Positions 45,383 through 56,384 of a DNA stretch of 64,000 nt are shown piece after piece. The translations under genes and the position numbers were made by a program. The notes beneath the pieces were generated by a model. It searched no databases. It had not been told where the DNA came from and saw only the letters and a program-made list of their open reading frames with translations. Source of the DNA: Rebecca billardiae RCC1528 (taxonomy: Eukaryota; Protista; Haptophyta); assembly GCA_965240325.2 (NCBI GenBank), contig OZ251224.1, positions 682,001 through 746,000 on the forward strand, read 5' to 3'. Position 1 is the stretch's first letter; each line of letters begins with the position of its first letter.

Positions 45383-47292
45383 TGACCGTTGTCCATGGGG
45401 CGGACCTGTGTCATCGGACCGCAATCCGCATGGTCGATCCGCGAGATGATCGTTGTCCGGACCGACTACAGGCTGCCCCGCCCCGCGTTCATTACAGACA
45501 TTAATTTCATCATCGATCATGCTATATATATTCACGACGATGGGTGGAATTCCCATTTTCTGGCGCACTTCCGCACTGGGGAGGCGGAAAAGCGGCATTT
45601 AATACGCGAGTAAGGGATAAAATAATAATGGGAATAAAGCGCACGCAGTGCGAAGAAATTTTTTCGGGTTACAGTAGTATCAGCGTAGTTACTATGCGAA
45701 GCACCATCTGCTGCGAGGCGGCCTGCTTGCGCACGCGGCGTCCCGAGCACCCTCGGGGCTCAGCTGCGGCTCGGCCTGCGCACGCTCAGCAAGCTCGCGT
45801 GCGGCCTGCACCTTGCCCGCCGCCTTGACTCTCGAGCAAGAGGATTTGGCGACGTAAGAGTGAGCGTGTGCCGCCGAGCTGCTGTCCGGCAGCCACCCGC
45901 GACTGCAGCCGCTGGCCGCGGTGCCTGGCCTCGGCGCGGCCCCACAGGCTCAGCGCTGGGAGCTCATCCTCCTCCTGCGCTCCTCCTCCAGGCGTTTGAG
46001 CCGCCGCCGCCTTGGCCGCCTCGTCCTCGTCGATCAGCTGAACGGCGGGAGTGATGTCTCTGCTCAGCTGAGTGTGACGTGACAAGCGAGGCGACGAGCG
46101 ACAGCAGCCCGATGACCAAGCCGACGAGCTCATCGTACGAGCCGTCACGCGTGCGCTCGTGCCGTGTCTGAGCTGGCTCGCGCTCGTACGCCGACCAGGC
46201 TTTGCTCGGACTGAACGCGTGTGCTCAGGCGTCCTTGCGTGTGCGCTTGGACGGCCGCGGGCCGTCATCTGGTCCGACCGCGCGCAGCTCGATCTCGGAA
46301 GCGTTGAGCTGCTCCGCGGTTGACTCACCCTCTGCCTCAGGTTCGACCACGGCAGCAGGCCCCGCAGCAGCCGCCAGGTAGCATCGGCAGGAGCCCCTGC
46401 GCCACCCGACGCCGTCCGCACATCGGCCAGCTTGCCGCACACGCGCTGGACCACGGCCTCGCCGCGCTTGACGCGGATGTGGTGCCAGGTCGTGGGTGGA
46501 CGGCGCACGCCATCGCGGCCGTGGGCGCAAGTGTCTCGTGAATTGTTTTTTTATTCACTAATTCGCCCAGCCGCTACATCGAACTCGACAACGGTTGCTT
46601 TTACACCCGCGGTCTTTTGACTGTGCAAATGGGGCGCCGCCCCATGCTCAAATCCGAAGAGAACGAAGATGTAAAAGTGTCTGGTCCCTAGATACTGTGC
46701 TGTCCGGGTCCCGGTCCGGTCAGATCTGAGCAGCCGGATTTTCCGCCCGGACAGGCCAGAAAATGGGATTTTCACCCCGATTGAATTGGAGACTCGGAAG
46801 ATCCACCACGCGCGCACTCGTAACTATACTGCTCGTCATCACTTCGGTTATTACGACACGTCGTCCCGCTCACATGACATTCATCCGCGACCGCGGTACG
46901 TCGGGTGTGATGAGTCACATACAAATAATCGCCGGGCACTGCGCCGGCCCGCGCCGCGCCGGGTTGAGTTGTCAGTTGACGTAACATCGGCCGACGTAAC
47001 TTGTTGACGACTGACTAGCGCGCGCATCAGTTATAGCAGCAGTAGTTAGTCAGAGTCGTGTCTGATGAGCCACGGTGACGGTGCCAGCCGAGTCCCGGAG
47101 TCATTCGGGAGTGATGCCCGCGCGCTCCGCCTGAGTCGCCACGTCGCCCGTGCTGAGTGCGGCGGATATACCCTCATCAGCACGTGCCGTCGTCGCGATA
47201 TAGCGACACCTACGGGAAGCTCGAGTCTCAGAGTAAGCTAGCACAGCTCGTCGGAGCGGAATCCCACGCCGTCCATCACACTCGCGCCACTG

Positions 47293-49071
47293 CTAGCTCA
47301 CGGTCGAGCGGTGCATGAACTGGTCGATGCGCATGGAGCCATTGGCTGCTGCGTCGGCGGCCGCGCCCTTCGGCCGCTTCGTGCCACCCGCCGCCGCGCC
47401 GCCGCCGCCGCCGCGCTTCCCGCGCGCTGGCGCGCCCTCCGCGTACGCGCGCGCGCACTCGACCGCCTTGCCCACCGCGCTGGACGTGCCCTTCGAGTCG
47501 AGCTCGGCCAGCGGGAGCCAGCAGCTCTCGACGGCCGCGGCGCCCTTGGCGGCCCGGGCACGCGGGGCGGGCTCGGCCTCGAGGGCCACCCACTCCACGT
47601 GCATGATGTGCTTGAGGTGGGAGAAGGTGTGCACCAGGCAGCGCTCGGCGCCCGCGCCGTCGACTGTGAGCAGCCTGCGCTGCAGCACGCGCGAGTCGCG
47701 CAGCTCGACGCCCAGCGGCCGCAGCACGCCGTCCAGCGCCGCCGAGGGCTCGTCGGCGGCGGACGCCGGCTCGGACGAGAGCGCGCCGTCGGGCGTCGCG
47801 CCCTCGCCCGCGCCCCCGCCGAGCTCCGCCGTGGGCAGCTCCCAGAGCCCGGCGAGCAGCTTTGGGTTCTTTGCGCCCGCGCCGCGCGTCTCTGGGCGCT
47901 TGAGCAGCAGCAGCTGGCCGGCGCGCCAGAGGGCCGCGCGGCGCGCGCCCGCGGAGGGGAGGGCGGCCGCCGCGCGCGCGGCCTCGGGTGTGACGCGCTG
48001 GAGCACGCACACCGCCAGCCGCGTCTCGCGCGGCGCACTCTTGGGCGCCACGCTCGGGAAGCGCGTCACCGGCCTGTGTGCGCGCGCGAGGCCGGCAGCG
48101 GGCGGGTTAGGGTTGAGGGTGTGAGGGTTAGGGTTGAGGGTGTGAGGGCGCGGGGCGGAGCACGCGCCGCTGCCCCTGGAGTGCGCGGCGCGGCCGCCGT
48201 CGCGCACGAGGCGCGCGCACCCGTCGCCGGCGTCCGCCTGCGCGCGCGCGCGGCAGTCCGCCCTGAGCGGGCACTCGCCGCACGCCGGCGCCGCCTTGGC
48301 GCACAGCGTGGCGCCCAGCTCCATCATCGCCTGGTTGAACGCGCCCGGCCGCTCGCAGCCCGCCATCAGCTCGGCGCCGAGCCGCCACCACAGCTTGGTG
48401 GTCGAGGTGGCCTTCGGGTTGGCGTCGACGGCGCGCAGCCGCGCGAGCACGCGGATCACGTTGCCGTCGACCACGGCCTGCTGCTCGCCGTACACGATCG
48501 ACGAGATGGCCGCCGCCGTGTACGGGCCGACGCCCTTCACCTTGGCCCAGCCCTCGACGCTACACGGGGGCACGCCGCCGCGCTCGCGCACGATCTGCTG
48601 CGCGCCCTCGAGGAGGAAGGCGGCGCGGCGGTAGTACCCGAGCCCGCTCCACACCTGCCGCACCTCGTCGATGGACGCCTCGGCCAGCGCCCCCAGCGTG
48701 GGGAAGCGAGCCATCCAGCGCTCGAAATACGGCACCACGCGATCCACCTGCGTCTGCTGCAGCATCACCTCGGAGACCCACACGCGATAGGCCCACTGCG
48801 CGCGCTCGTCGTCGTCAATGCACGCCGTGTCCGCCTCCTCGCGCCGCCAAGGCATCTGCCGGTGGCCGGCGTCATACCAGGCCAGCCAGCTCGACTGCAA
48901 GCGCCGCGCGTCGCGCCCAGAGCCAAACGTGTGCGCCGCATGCAGCTCCTCGAGGTCGGGGGCGGGCGAGGCCATGAGGGTGGAGCGCGCGCGCGCTGCG
49001 TTCGACGCTGGCGGGACGAAGGCGTGACGCGCCACGAGCCCGCGCGAGAGCAGGCAGAGCACGAGCGCCGT
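47293..49071 (-). CDS. MUTYH: A/G-specific adenine DNA glycosylase (MutY/MUTYH); intron 48220-48074; first AUG 48975, candidate ACG start 49071
   Basis: YRVWVSEVMLQQTQV, WSGLGYYRRA, GVGPYTAAAI, VDGNVIRV, FNQAMMELGATLC..P.C..CPL...C (4Fe-4S), LAGLWELP and HTFSH. Confidence 0.93.
   Translation of the reverse strand, partial: TALVLCLLSRGLVARHAFVPPASNAARARSTLMASPAPDLEELHAAHTFGSGRDARRLQSSWLAWYDAGHRQMPWRREEADTACIDDDERAQWAYRVWVSEVMLQQTQVDRVVPYFERWMARFPTLGALAEASIDEVRQVWSGLGYYRRAAFLLEGAQQIVRERGGVPPCSVEGWAKVKGVGPYTAAAISSIVYGEQQAVVDGNVIRVLARLRAVDANPKATSTTKLWWRLGAELMAGCERPGAFNQAMMELGATLCAKAAPACGECPLRADCRARAQADAGDGCARLVRDGGRAAHSRGSGACSAPRPHTLNPNPHTLNPNPPAAGLARAHRPVTRFPSVAPKSAPRETRLAVCVLQRVTPEAARAAAALPSAGARRAALWRAGQLLLLKRPETRGAGAKNPKLLAGLWELPTAELGGGAGEGATPDGALSSEPASAADEPSAALDGVLRPLGVELRDSRVLQRRLLTVDGAGAERCLVHTFSHLKHIMHVEWVALEAEPAPRARAAKGAAAVESCWLPLAELDSKGTSSAVGKAVECARAYAEGAPARGKRGGGGGAAAGGTKRPKGAAADAAANGSMRIDQFMHRSTVS
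48104..48148. repeat. Telomere-like degenerate repeat inside the MUTYH intron
   Basis: (GGGTTAGGGTTGAGGGTGTGA)x2 + GGG on the + strand. Confidence 0.85.
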
Positions 49072-49263
49072 GGCTGTCGGTGATCGGTCCGATATCGCGT
49101 GCGCCGCGGGAAAGCGCGCGAGCCCGCCGGTCGCTCCGGAAGCGAAAGTCCGGAGTGCTCAGCTTCAAGCTGGCTGGCGCTCAGCTGGCGGAGGAACCAC
49201 AGTCGGCACTCCGCAAGTCCACTTGATGTCTGCCGGCGGCGGGCGTCGGCTGGCGGAGCTTCC

Positions 49264-50430
49264 ATGGCCACCTCGGACGAGTCAGAGCACGCGGTGCTCC
49301 TAGGCCTCGACGACGATCTCCTGCGGGCGATCGTCGAGGCCACTCCGCGGGAAGACGAGCTCGCGTGCGCGCTCGTTTGCAGGCGGCTGCGTGACCTCAA
49401 CACGCGGCGCCCTCTGCGCACGCCACTATGCGCCCTCGTGCGATCGGCAGCGCGGCTGCAGTGGGGCCTGGGGCTGGGGGCGCCGGTGGGGCCTGAGCTC
49501 TGCGCGGCGGTGGCGTCAACTGGTAGCGTGGATGACCTCCAGCTCGTCCTCAGCCGCGCCAGCCCAGACACCTCCGAGCCACTCCTCACGCAGCACGTGA
49601 GCTATGCGGCCGCACTCGGAGGGCACCTCGGCGCTCTGCGCTGGCTCAGGTGGCGCGAGTGCCCAATGGGGAAGTCGACGTGCCGAGCCGCCGCGCTCGG
49701 CGGGCACTTACACACGCTGCGCGTCCTGCGCGAGGAGTTCGCGCTCCCGTGGGGCGAGGGCACCGTGAACGCAGCCGCAGCCAGCGGCGTGGTCGAGGTG
49801 GTTGACTTTGCGGTCGCGAGCGGCTGCCCGTTCGAGGAGCATGCGTGCCTGCTCGCGGCGCGCGGTGGGCATCTGCCCATCCTCGAGTACCTCCGGGCTC
49901 GCTCGTGCCCGTGGGAGCCTGACCGGTGCGCCAGCGCGTGCGCCAAGGGAGCGAGCGCGGGTGTGCTCAGTGCGCTGGCGCGCCTGCTGGACAGGCCGCA
50001 TGCGCACCTGCTCCGCTCGACGCACGCGATGCAGCTCGCGGCAGAGTGCATTGGCTACGTGCAGACGATGGCGTGGCTGCATGCCAATGGAGGCCCTGCG
50101 TGGTGCCGGGGATGGGTCGTCGCTCGGCTTGGATCCAGCCCGCTCCTGCACCTGGCCCGGCTGCTTGGCATCTCCGCCTCTGCCCGTCCCTGCAGCCTTG
50201 TAATGCCATCGCAGGCGGTGCACGACACCGTCGGCGGGCTCCTCAGCAGGCGCCGGACTCACACCGACGCGCCGCGTGAAGCATCACGGGGCGACACGCA
50301 TCGCAGCACGTCACCCGGAGGGCGCCCACCACACGCAGACGATCGTCCTGCTGCTGTTGAGACGCTGGCAACCGCTCTCAGGAGCTTGGACAGCCTCGTC
50401 AGCATTCAGCAGAGTCGTTGCCAATGCTGA
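49264..50430 (+). CDS. F-box-like + ankyrin-repeat protein (algal/giant-virus-type ankyrin repeats)
   Basis: N-terminal LLGLDDDLLRAIV..ACALVCRRLR; repeats AALGGHLGALRWL..CP, AALGGHLHTL..PW and AARGGHLPILEYL..CPW. Confidence 0.75.
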   Translation: MATSDESEHAVLLGLDDDLLRAIVEATPREDELACALVCRRLRDLNTRRPLRTPLCALVRSAARLQWGLGLGAPVGPELCAAVASTGSVDDLQLVLSRASPDTSEPLLTQHVSYAAALGGHLGALRWLRWRECPMGKSTCRAAALGGHLHTLRVLREEFALPWGEGTVNAAAASGVVEVVDFAVASGCPFEEHACLLAARGGHLPILEYLRARSCPWEPDRCASACAKGASAGVLSALARLLDRPHAHLLRSTHAMQLAAECIGYVQTMAWLHANGGPAWCRGWVVARLGSSPLLHLARLLGISASARPCSLVMPSQAVHDTVGGLLSRRRTHTDAPREASRGDTHRSTSPGGRPPHADDRPAAVETLATALRSLDSLVSIQQSRCQC

Positions 50431-51159
50431 TGCCGATCCGCAGGATGGCGCAGCTGATGATGCTCATCGTGGAATCAGAACATTCAGAACTGTAATCATC
50501 CTTCAGTTAAGCCTATATCTACTACAGTACGTGTCAAGCTGCGCTCGCGTACGACAGTCGACAGCGTACGTCATCGCCAGTCTCGGGCCGGGCGGGGCCC
50601 CGGAGGCCCGCGGACTGCGTCACGGGCCCCGTCGCCGTCGGGCCCGCCGGCGCCGCGGCCGCGCCGTCCGTGGCGCAGCGTCTCACGGGCGCAGTGCGCG
50701 GCACCATCAGCCCTGCTGCTGCTAAGTAAACGCTACTACTAGTGAACCTATACACATATTCGGATCGGTCGGACGAAGCCTGGATCACTGTCAATCTGAC
50801 TGTCCGCCGCCGTGTCCGGGGCCCGCGGCCTGGCGGCACTTGGCGTGTGACTGGGCCTGGGCCTGGGGCCGCGGCCCGCGGCGCGCGCCGGCGGGCCGGC
50901 ATCAGGCCTGCAGCCTGCAGGGGCGGCGGAGCACGCAGTGCCGGCCCATCGGGCGGGCGATTGGGCGTAAGTCTTGGTGGTATCCGGACACGTACGAGCT
51001 GCACCTGCCACTTCAGTAGCGGAATGCCGCCCTGTCTGTGACTCACATCGATCGAACACAGCCGTGCTCATGATGTACTCGCGATGCTGCAACGGCCTGA
51101 TCAGCTAGCCCGGGCCAACGCAGCCAATTGCATTTCTATCGCGATGGCCGCGCCGAATC

Positions 51160-51420
51160 CTATGCGCCACGCCCGCTGCGAAGCATGGCCTCGAGCATAT
51201 CGAGCTCTTTCCGGCCGTCTGCGAGCAGCCGACGGATGACGGCAGTGTCGGCGAGCTCTGCATGCTGATCGAAGCGCGAGCGGATCTCTCTTCTGAGCTC
51301 TGGAGCAGCGTGCTCTGCGGCAAGCCCGCGCACGACGCGCAGCGCGTCGCGGTAGAGCTGGCGCACGCTCGACCGCAGAATAAACCATTGCAGCTCGCCC
51401 TTGAAAGCCTTGGCCGCCAT
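51160..51420 (-). CDS. LYR-motif protein (LYRM2-like)
   Basis: 86 aa: FILRSSVRQLYRDALR..ELRREIRSRF..IRRLLADGRKEL; ATG 51420. Confidence 0.85.
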   Translation of the reverse strand: MAAKAFKGELQWFILRSSVRQLYRDALRVVRGLAAEHAAPELRREIRSRFDQHAELADTAVIRRLLADGRKELDMLEAMLRSGRGA

Positions 51421-51559
51421 GCTGGTCGTGCGGATTTTGCCAGCTGAGAAGTTGAAAAGTGCTGAACGCGGCCCGCTCCGCCTGGGCAGCCCCAGCAGAC
51501 CGGCGGCATTTGAACCCCCGCGCGTCGACGCCCGCGCCGACGGCTCGCACCTGCGTGCG

Positions 51560-53948
51560 ATGAGCTCAGAGGGGCGCAGCACTCACTTCACCGGCTCGGG
51601 CGCGTTGGCGAAGCCCGTCCCACCCGCCGCGCCGGCGCCGCGCACGACGACCACTCGCGAGCATTTCACGGGCTCGGGCGCGGCCAGGCCCGACATGCGC
51701 CCGTCCGCCCTGGGGCCGAAGCCCGTCCTGGGCAGCGGCACGACGCCCGGCGCGCCGGCACCGCGCACGACGACCACTCGCGAGCATTTCACGGGCTCGG
51801 GCGCGGCCAAGCCCGACGTCCGCCCGTCCGCCCTGGGGCCGAAGCCCGTCCTGGGCAGCGGCACGGCGCCCGCCGCGCCGGCGCCGCGCACGACGACGAC
51901 TCACTACACGGGCTCAGGCGCGGCCAAGCCCGAGCCACGCACCGTCGCGCCCGCGGCGAAGCCCACCGTGGGCATCAGCGCGAGCGCGGCCCAGCGGCCC
52001 GCCGCCGCGGGCGCCGGCGGCGCGGCGCGCCGCACGCCGCTGCAGGTGTACGGCCAAGGGCAGGGCGCTGAGCGCGCCGCGCCGCCCAAGGAGTCGCCCG
52101 CCGCGCTGAAGAGCGCGCTGAGCGACCCGCAGCTGAAGCGCGTGCTGAGCAGCCCGACGAACAAGAAGGCCGTCACCGAGGTGCCCGGCGCCGCCGCGCG
52201 CTGCCGCCGCGCGCATGCGACCGCCGCGCGTCGCGCTCACCGTGCCGCCAACGCGTGCCGCGCGTCGGCCGCGTCCGCCTGCGCGCGCGCAGGTGCACCG
52301 CTTCTACGCGAACATGCAGGACGGCGGCGGCGGCGCGGAGCCGACGGTCTCGCTGCCCGAGTGGAACAAGCTCGCCAAGGACTTTGACCTGCTCGACCAC
52401 CCGCTCTCGCGCACCAGCCTGCAGGAGGTGCACCGCGCTTCGCTCGCCGACGCGCTCGGCGGCGTCGCGGGCGCGGCCAAGGGTCTGGCGCTGCCGCAGT
52501 TCGAGCGCGCGCTGGTGCGGCTGGCGATGCGCGCGGCGGCGGAGTCGGCGGACAGCTCGCTCCGCGCCGCGCCGGCGCACTCGCAGCTCCGCGCGCTCTT
52601 CGACGCGATGGGCCTCGACACGGCAGACGGTCCGAGCGGGTACCGCGCGCGCATGAGCGACATGCGGGGCGAGAGCCAGGAGGCCAAGCAGCGGCGGAAG
52701 GAGGCGGCCAAGGCGGCGGTGGCGGAGCGCGCGGCGCGCGCCTCGCCGGACGAGGCGGCGGCGACGCGCATCCAGGCGCTCACGCGCGCGCGCGCCGAGC
52801 GCAAGGCCCTCGCCACCGAGCAGCCCGCCGTGAGCTCGAGGCTGGAGGCGCACCGCGCGCGCACGGCCGAGCTGGCGGCGCGCGCAGAGGCGCGGCGCGC
52901 GGCGGCGGCGACGGCGATCCAGCGCGTCTCGCGCGGCAAGCAGACGCGCGCGGAGGAGCCGGTGCTCACGGTGGTGGTGCACCGGCTGCTGCCCGAGCCG
53001 CCCATCTCCGAGGGCGGCCCCCGCCACCTCTCCGTCTCCTCGCGCCACTTTGGCGGCGCAGAGATGTCGCCCCCCGCGGGGCGCTCGGGCCGGGAGGCGG
53101 TGCGCTTCATGTGGGAGCACGCGCACGCGGTGCCGCGCGAGTCGGCGGAGGCGGACGCGCTGCTCGCCGCGCTCACCTCGAAGCGCGCGCGCGACCCGGA
53201 GCTCGTGCTCGCGCTGTGGGACGCCTCGGGCGGCGCGCACGGCGCACAGCCTCGCGAGCTCGGGCGCGGCCGGCTCCAGCTGGACGAGGTGGCGCGCGCG
53301 GGCGGCGAGCTGTCCGGCGCGATGGTGCCGCTGCTCGGGCGCGACGGGCGCAAGCTTGGCAGCCTCGAGGTCTCGGTGCGCGGCGCGGCGGCGCTCAAGC
53401 CCGTCACACAGCTGTACGCTGCGTTCGCGCGCGCCGACACCAACCGCTCGGGCTCAGTGTCTGTGCGCGAGCTGGGCAACGCGGCCGCGCTGCTCGGCCA
53501 TCGGCCGCAGGCGGAGGTGCTGCAGCTCTTCGCGAGGGCGGACGCGGACGGCTCCGGCGAGCTCGACTGGCTCGAGTTCTGCGAGCTGATGGCGCAGGTG
53601 CGCGCGTTCGAGGCGGCGCGCTCGCGCGCGGCGCGCGCGGAGGCCGCGACGGTGGCGCGCAGGCGCGCCGCCGCGCAGCCGCCGCAGCCTCGCAGGGCAA
53701 GCCTGAGCAAGGCCAACGCACCTGCCTCGCGCACGGGCGGCGCGGCTGGCGCGGCGGCCGCGCGCTCGCGCGCCGCCGCGCGCGCGCCCGGCTCGAGCGC
53801 GGCAGCGCCCCGCGCGGCGGGCGGCGGCGGCGGGCTCGGCGGCGCGGCCGCGCCCGCGCCCGCGCGCATCTCCGGGCCGCGCGCGTTTGCGACAACCGTC
53901 GTGCGGCGGCTGCCGCTCAAGGCGCGCGCGCCGACGGCCGCGCCCGCG

Positions 53949-53979
<31 letters not shown>

Positions 53980-56045
53980 GCGGCATGGCGACCGCCGAGT
54001 TCGTGCTGCTGCCCAACCAGGCGCTGGAGATCGCGCACGTGCTGAACGCGCGCGCTCGGCTCATCCTCTCCGCGCGCCCCGCCGACGGTGTGGGCGCGCA
54101 GCTCGCTGATGGCGCGGTCGTCTTCGACGGCGAGTGCCACTTCGGCTCGGAACTCGGCGCGGCGGTGGACGGTGGCGACGCGTGGCGCTTCCCGGGGGGC
54201 ACGGCCTACTCGTTCTGGGCGCAGGCGCTCGAGCGCGGCTCGGGCGGCGCGCCGAGCGGCTCGCTCGAGGTGTGCTTCCGCGTGGTGTCCGTCTTCCAGC
54301 CGTCTGAGCAGCTGGAGAGCCACCCGCTGCTGCGAGGAGGAGGAGGGGGGGCGCACGGCGCGGAGGCGGCGGGCGCGCGCGGACGCGCGCCCGCCGCGGC
54401 CGCGCGCCCGAGCATCGTCGAGATGCGCGCGTCGGTGCAGAGCGCGCTCGGCGGCGCGCGCCCGCCCGCGGCCGACGGCCGCTCCGCGGTCGCGCGCTCG
54501 CTCGACGGCGCGCCGCTGCGGCCGGGCGAGGTGCGCGCGTACGGAGCGGGCGGTGCGCACACGACGCGCGCGCCGCTCGGCTCGCCTGCGGGCAAGGGCG
54601 TGCGGCCGGCGTCGGGCGGCGGCGCCTCGCCCGCGCGCCGCGCGCCGCGCTCGCCCGCCACCATCGCGCTCGACGCGCCCGGCGGCGGCGGCTCGCCCGC
54701 CTCGGCGCGCGTCGCGCGGTACGGCGCGCTGCGCGACGCGTTCAACGCGCACGACCGCGACCGCTCGGGCTTCGTCAGCCTGCGTGAGCTGAAGGGCGCG
54801 CTGCGCGCGGCGGGGCTGGCGGTGACGGACGCGGCGCTGCGCGCCTTCCGCGAGGCGGACCTCAACGCGGACGAGAAGCTGAGCTTTGCCGAGTTCTGCA
54901 GACTGGCCGAGCAGCTGCCGGCACTCACGGCCGCGGCCGGCGCGGCGGGCGGCGGCGGCGGCGGCGCGCACGCCGAGGGGGACGGAGCGGACGGCTTCGT
55001 GCCGCCGTCGGGCACGTCGCTCGCCGCGGCGTTCCTGGCGCACGAGGACGCGCGCACGCCCGGCCACGTCGCGCCCCGCGAGCTCGACGCCGCCATGCGC
55101 GCCGCGGGCGTGCCAGTCGACTCGCCTGCGGCTCGGTCGCTTCTCGCCTCGCAGCGGGTGCGCGCGCGCGCCCGGAGCGCCCGCGCACGAGGCGCGGCCG
55201 CGGCGGCCGCGCGGCCGCGCGCGCGCGCGTATGCCCACCGCCACCCGCCGCCGCCCCTCGCCCCTCGGCGCGCAGTCCGCCCCCGTCGACTTCGGCGCCT
55301 TCGAGGCGCTGGCGGCGCAGCTGGCGGCCGCGGCGCAGGCAGACATGACGGATGCGATGGCCGCGCCGAGGGCGGCGGCGGCGCTGGGCAAGGGGGCGGA
55401 GGCGCGCGAGCGCGTGGCGGACAGCAGCGTGCGCGCCGCCTTCACCGCCTTCGACCGCGATCGCAACGGCTTCCTCTCCACGCGCGAGCTCAGGGGTGCG
55501 GCGCGCGCGCCGCGCGCACGCTCGGGCGAGCGCCGGCGCGCGGCGCGTTCCGGCCGTTCAGCCGGGAGCTGACGCGAGCTCGAGCGCGCCGCGCCCGTGC
55601 GGCGTGGCCCCGCCCCTTCCCTCACCACCACCCCGCGCGCGCGCCCGCAGCGGCGCTCCGCGCCGCCGGCGCCGAGGTGAGCGATGCGCAATCACTTGCG
55701 CTCATCCGCGAGGCGGACGTGAACTCGGACGGGCGGCTCTCTCTGGGCGAGTTTGAACGGCTGGCCAAGCAGCTGCCCGCGGCGGCGCAGCTGGAGGCGG
55801 TGGCCATGCCGACGAGCTACGCGCGGCCGTCGAGTGGGGCAGGCCGGACGCCGGCGAGTCGGCCGGCGAGCGCGCGCTCGACGCCGGCCTCTGCGCGCGC
55901 GAACGGCGGCGGCGGCGGCTACAACGCGCCTGCGTCGACTGGCCGGCGTGGGCCGCTGACGGGCACGCCGAGCTCGCGGCCGGCGAGCGCGCGCGGCGGG
56001 GTGGACGCCAGGCTCCTTGCGCGCCGCCCGACGACCGCCGTCTGA
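51560..56045 (+). CDS. Multi-domain Ca2+-binding protein: 41-aa repeats, p25alpha-like region, 2 IQ motifs, C2 (RPGRIP1-C-like) domain, multiple EF-hand pairs; exons 51560-52180, 52293-55157, 55276-55495, 55651-56045
   Basis: EF loops DTNRSGSVSVRE, DADGSGELDWLE, DRDRSGFVSLRE, DLNADEKLSFAE, DRDRNGFLSTRE and DVNSDGRLSLGE. IQ motifs AATRIQALTRA and AATAIQRVSRG. Three GT-AG introns join in frame. Confidence 0.8.
51623..51935. repeat. Coding 123-bp tandem repeat, about 2.5 copies
   Basis: Encodes APAPRTTTTREHFTGSGAA.PD.RPSALGPKPVLGSGT. Confidence 0.9.
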
Positions 56046-56384
56046 CGGCCCGTGCGCGCCCCGCGTGCGCGCCCCGCCACCATGCGCGCCACCACAAGCT
56101 TCCGTGGCGGCCGTGAGTCCGCGCGGCCCACATTCACGACGCGATTGTCCCGGTGTCCCTCGAATGATCATATTGTACCTGTATGATTTCGGCGGCCAGA
56201 ATGATGACAATCTCACCGCGGCAGCCTCACGGGAGAGATTTGGGTCACGCTTCGCGCCTTGGCCGGGATTCGCCTCGCGTTCGTCGGAGAGGTCCGCCCT
56301 GTCCAACGCCGGTCATTAGGCGCATCTGTGCCACTCTCCGCGCGCCGGCTTCCCGCTCGTCTCGCTCCCGCGGCCTGCGCAGCG

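Noticed and set aside
45786-46530. ORFs between RIO2 and MUTYH
   Set aside because: No coherent frame or recognisable motif; possibly a decayed gene or element, but unsupported.
49264-50430. Ankyrin gene as evidence of an endogenous giant virus
   Set aside because: Neighbours are ordinary host genes, there are no viral hallmark genes, and this repeat type is common in algal nuclear genomes.
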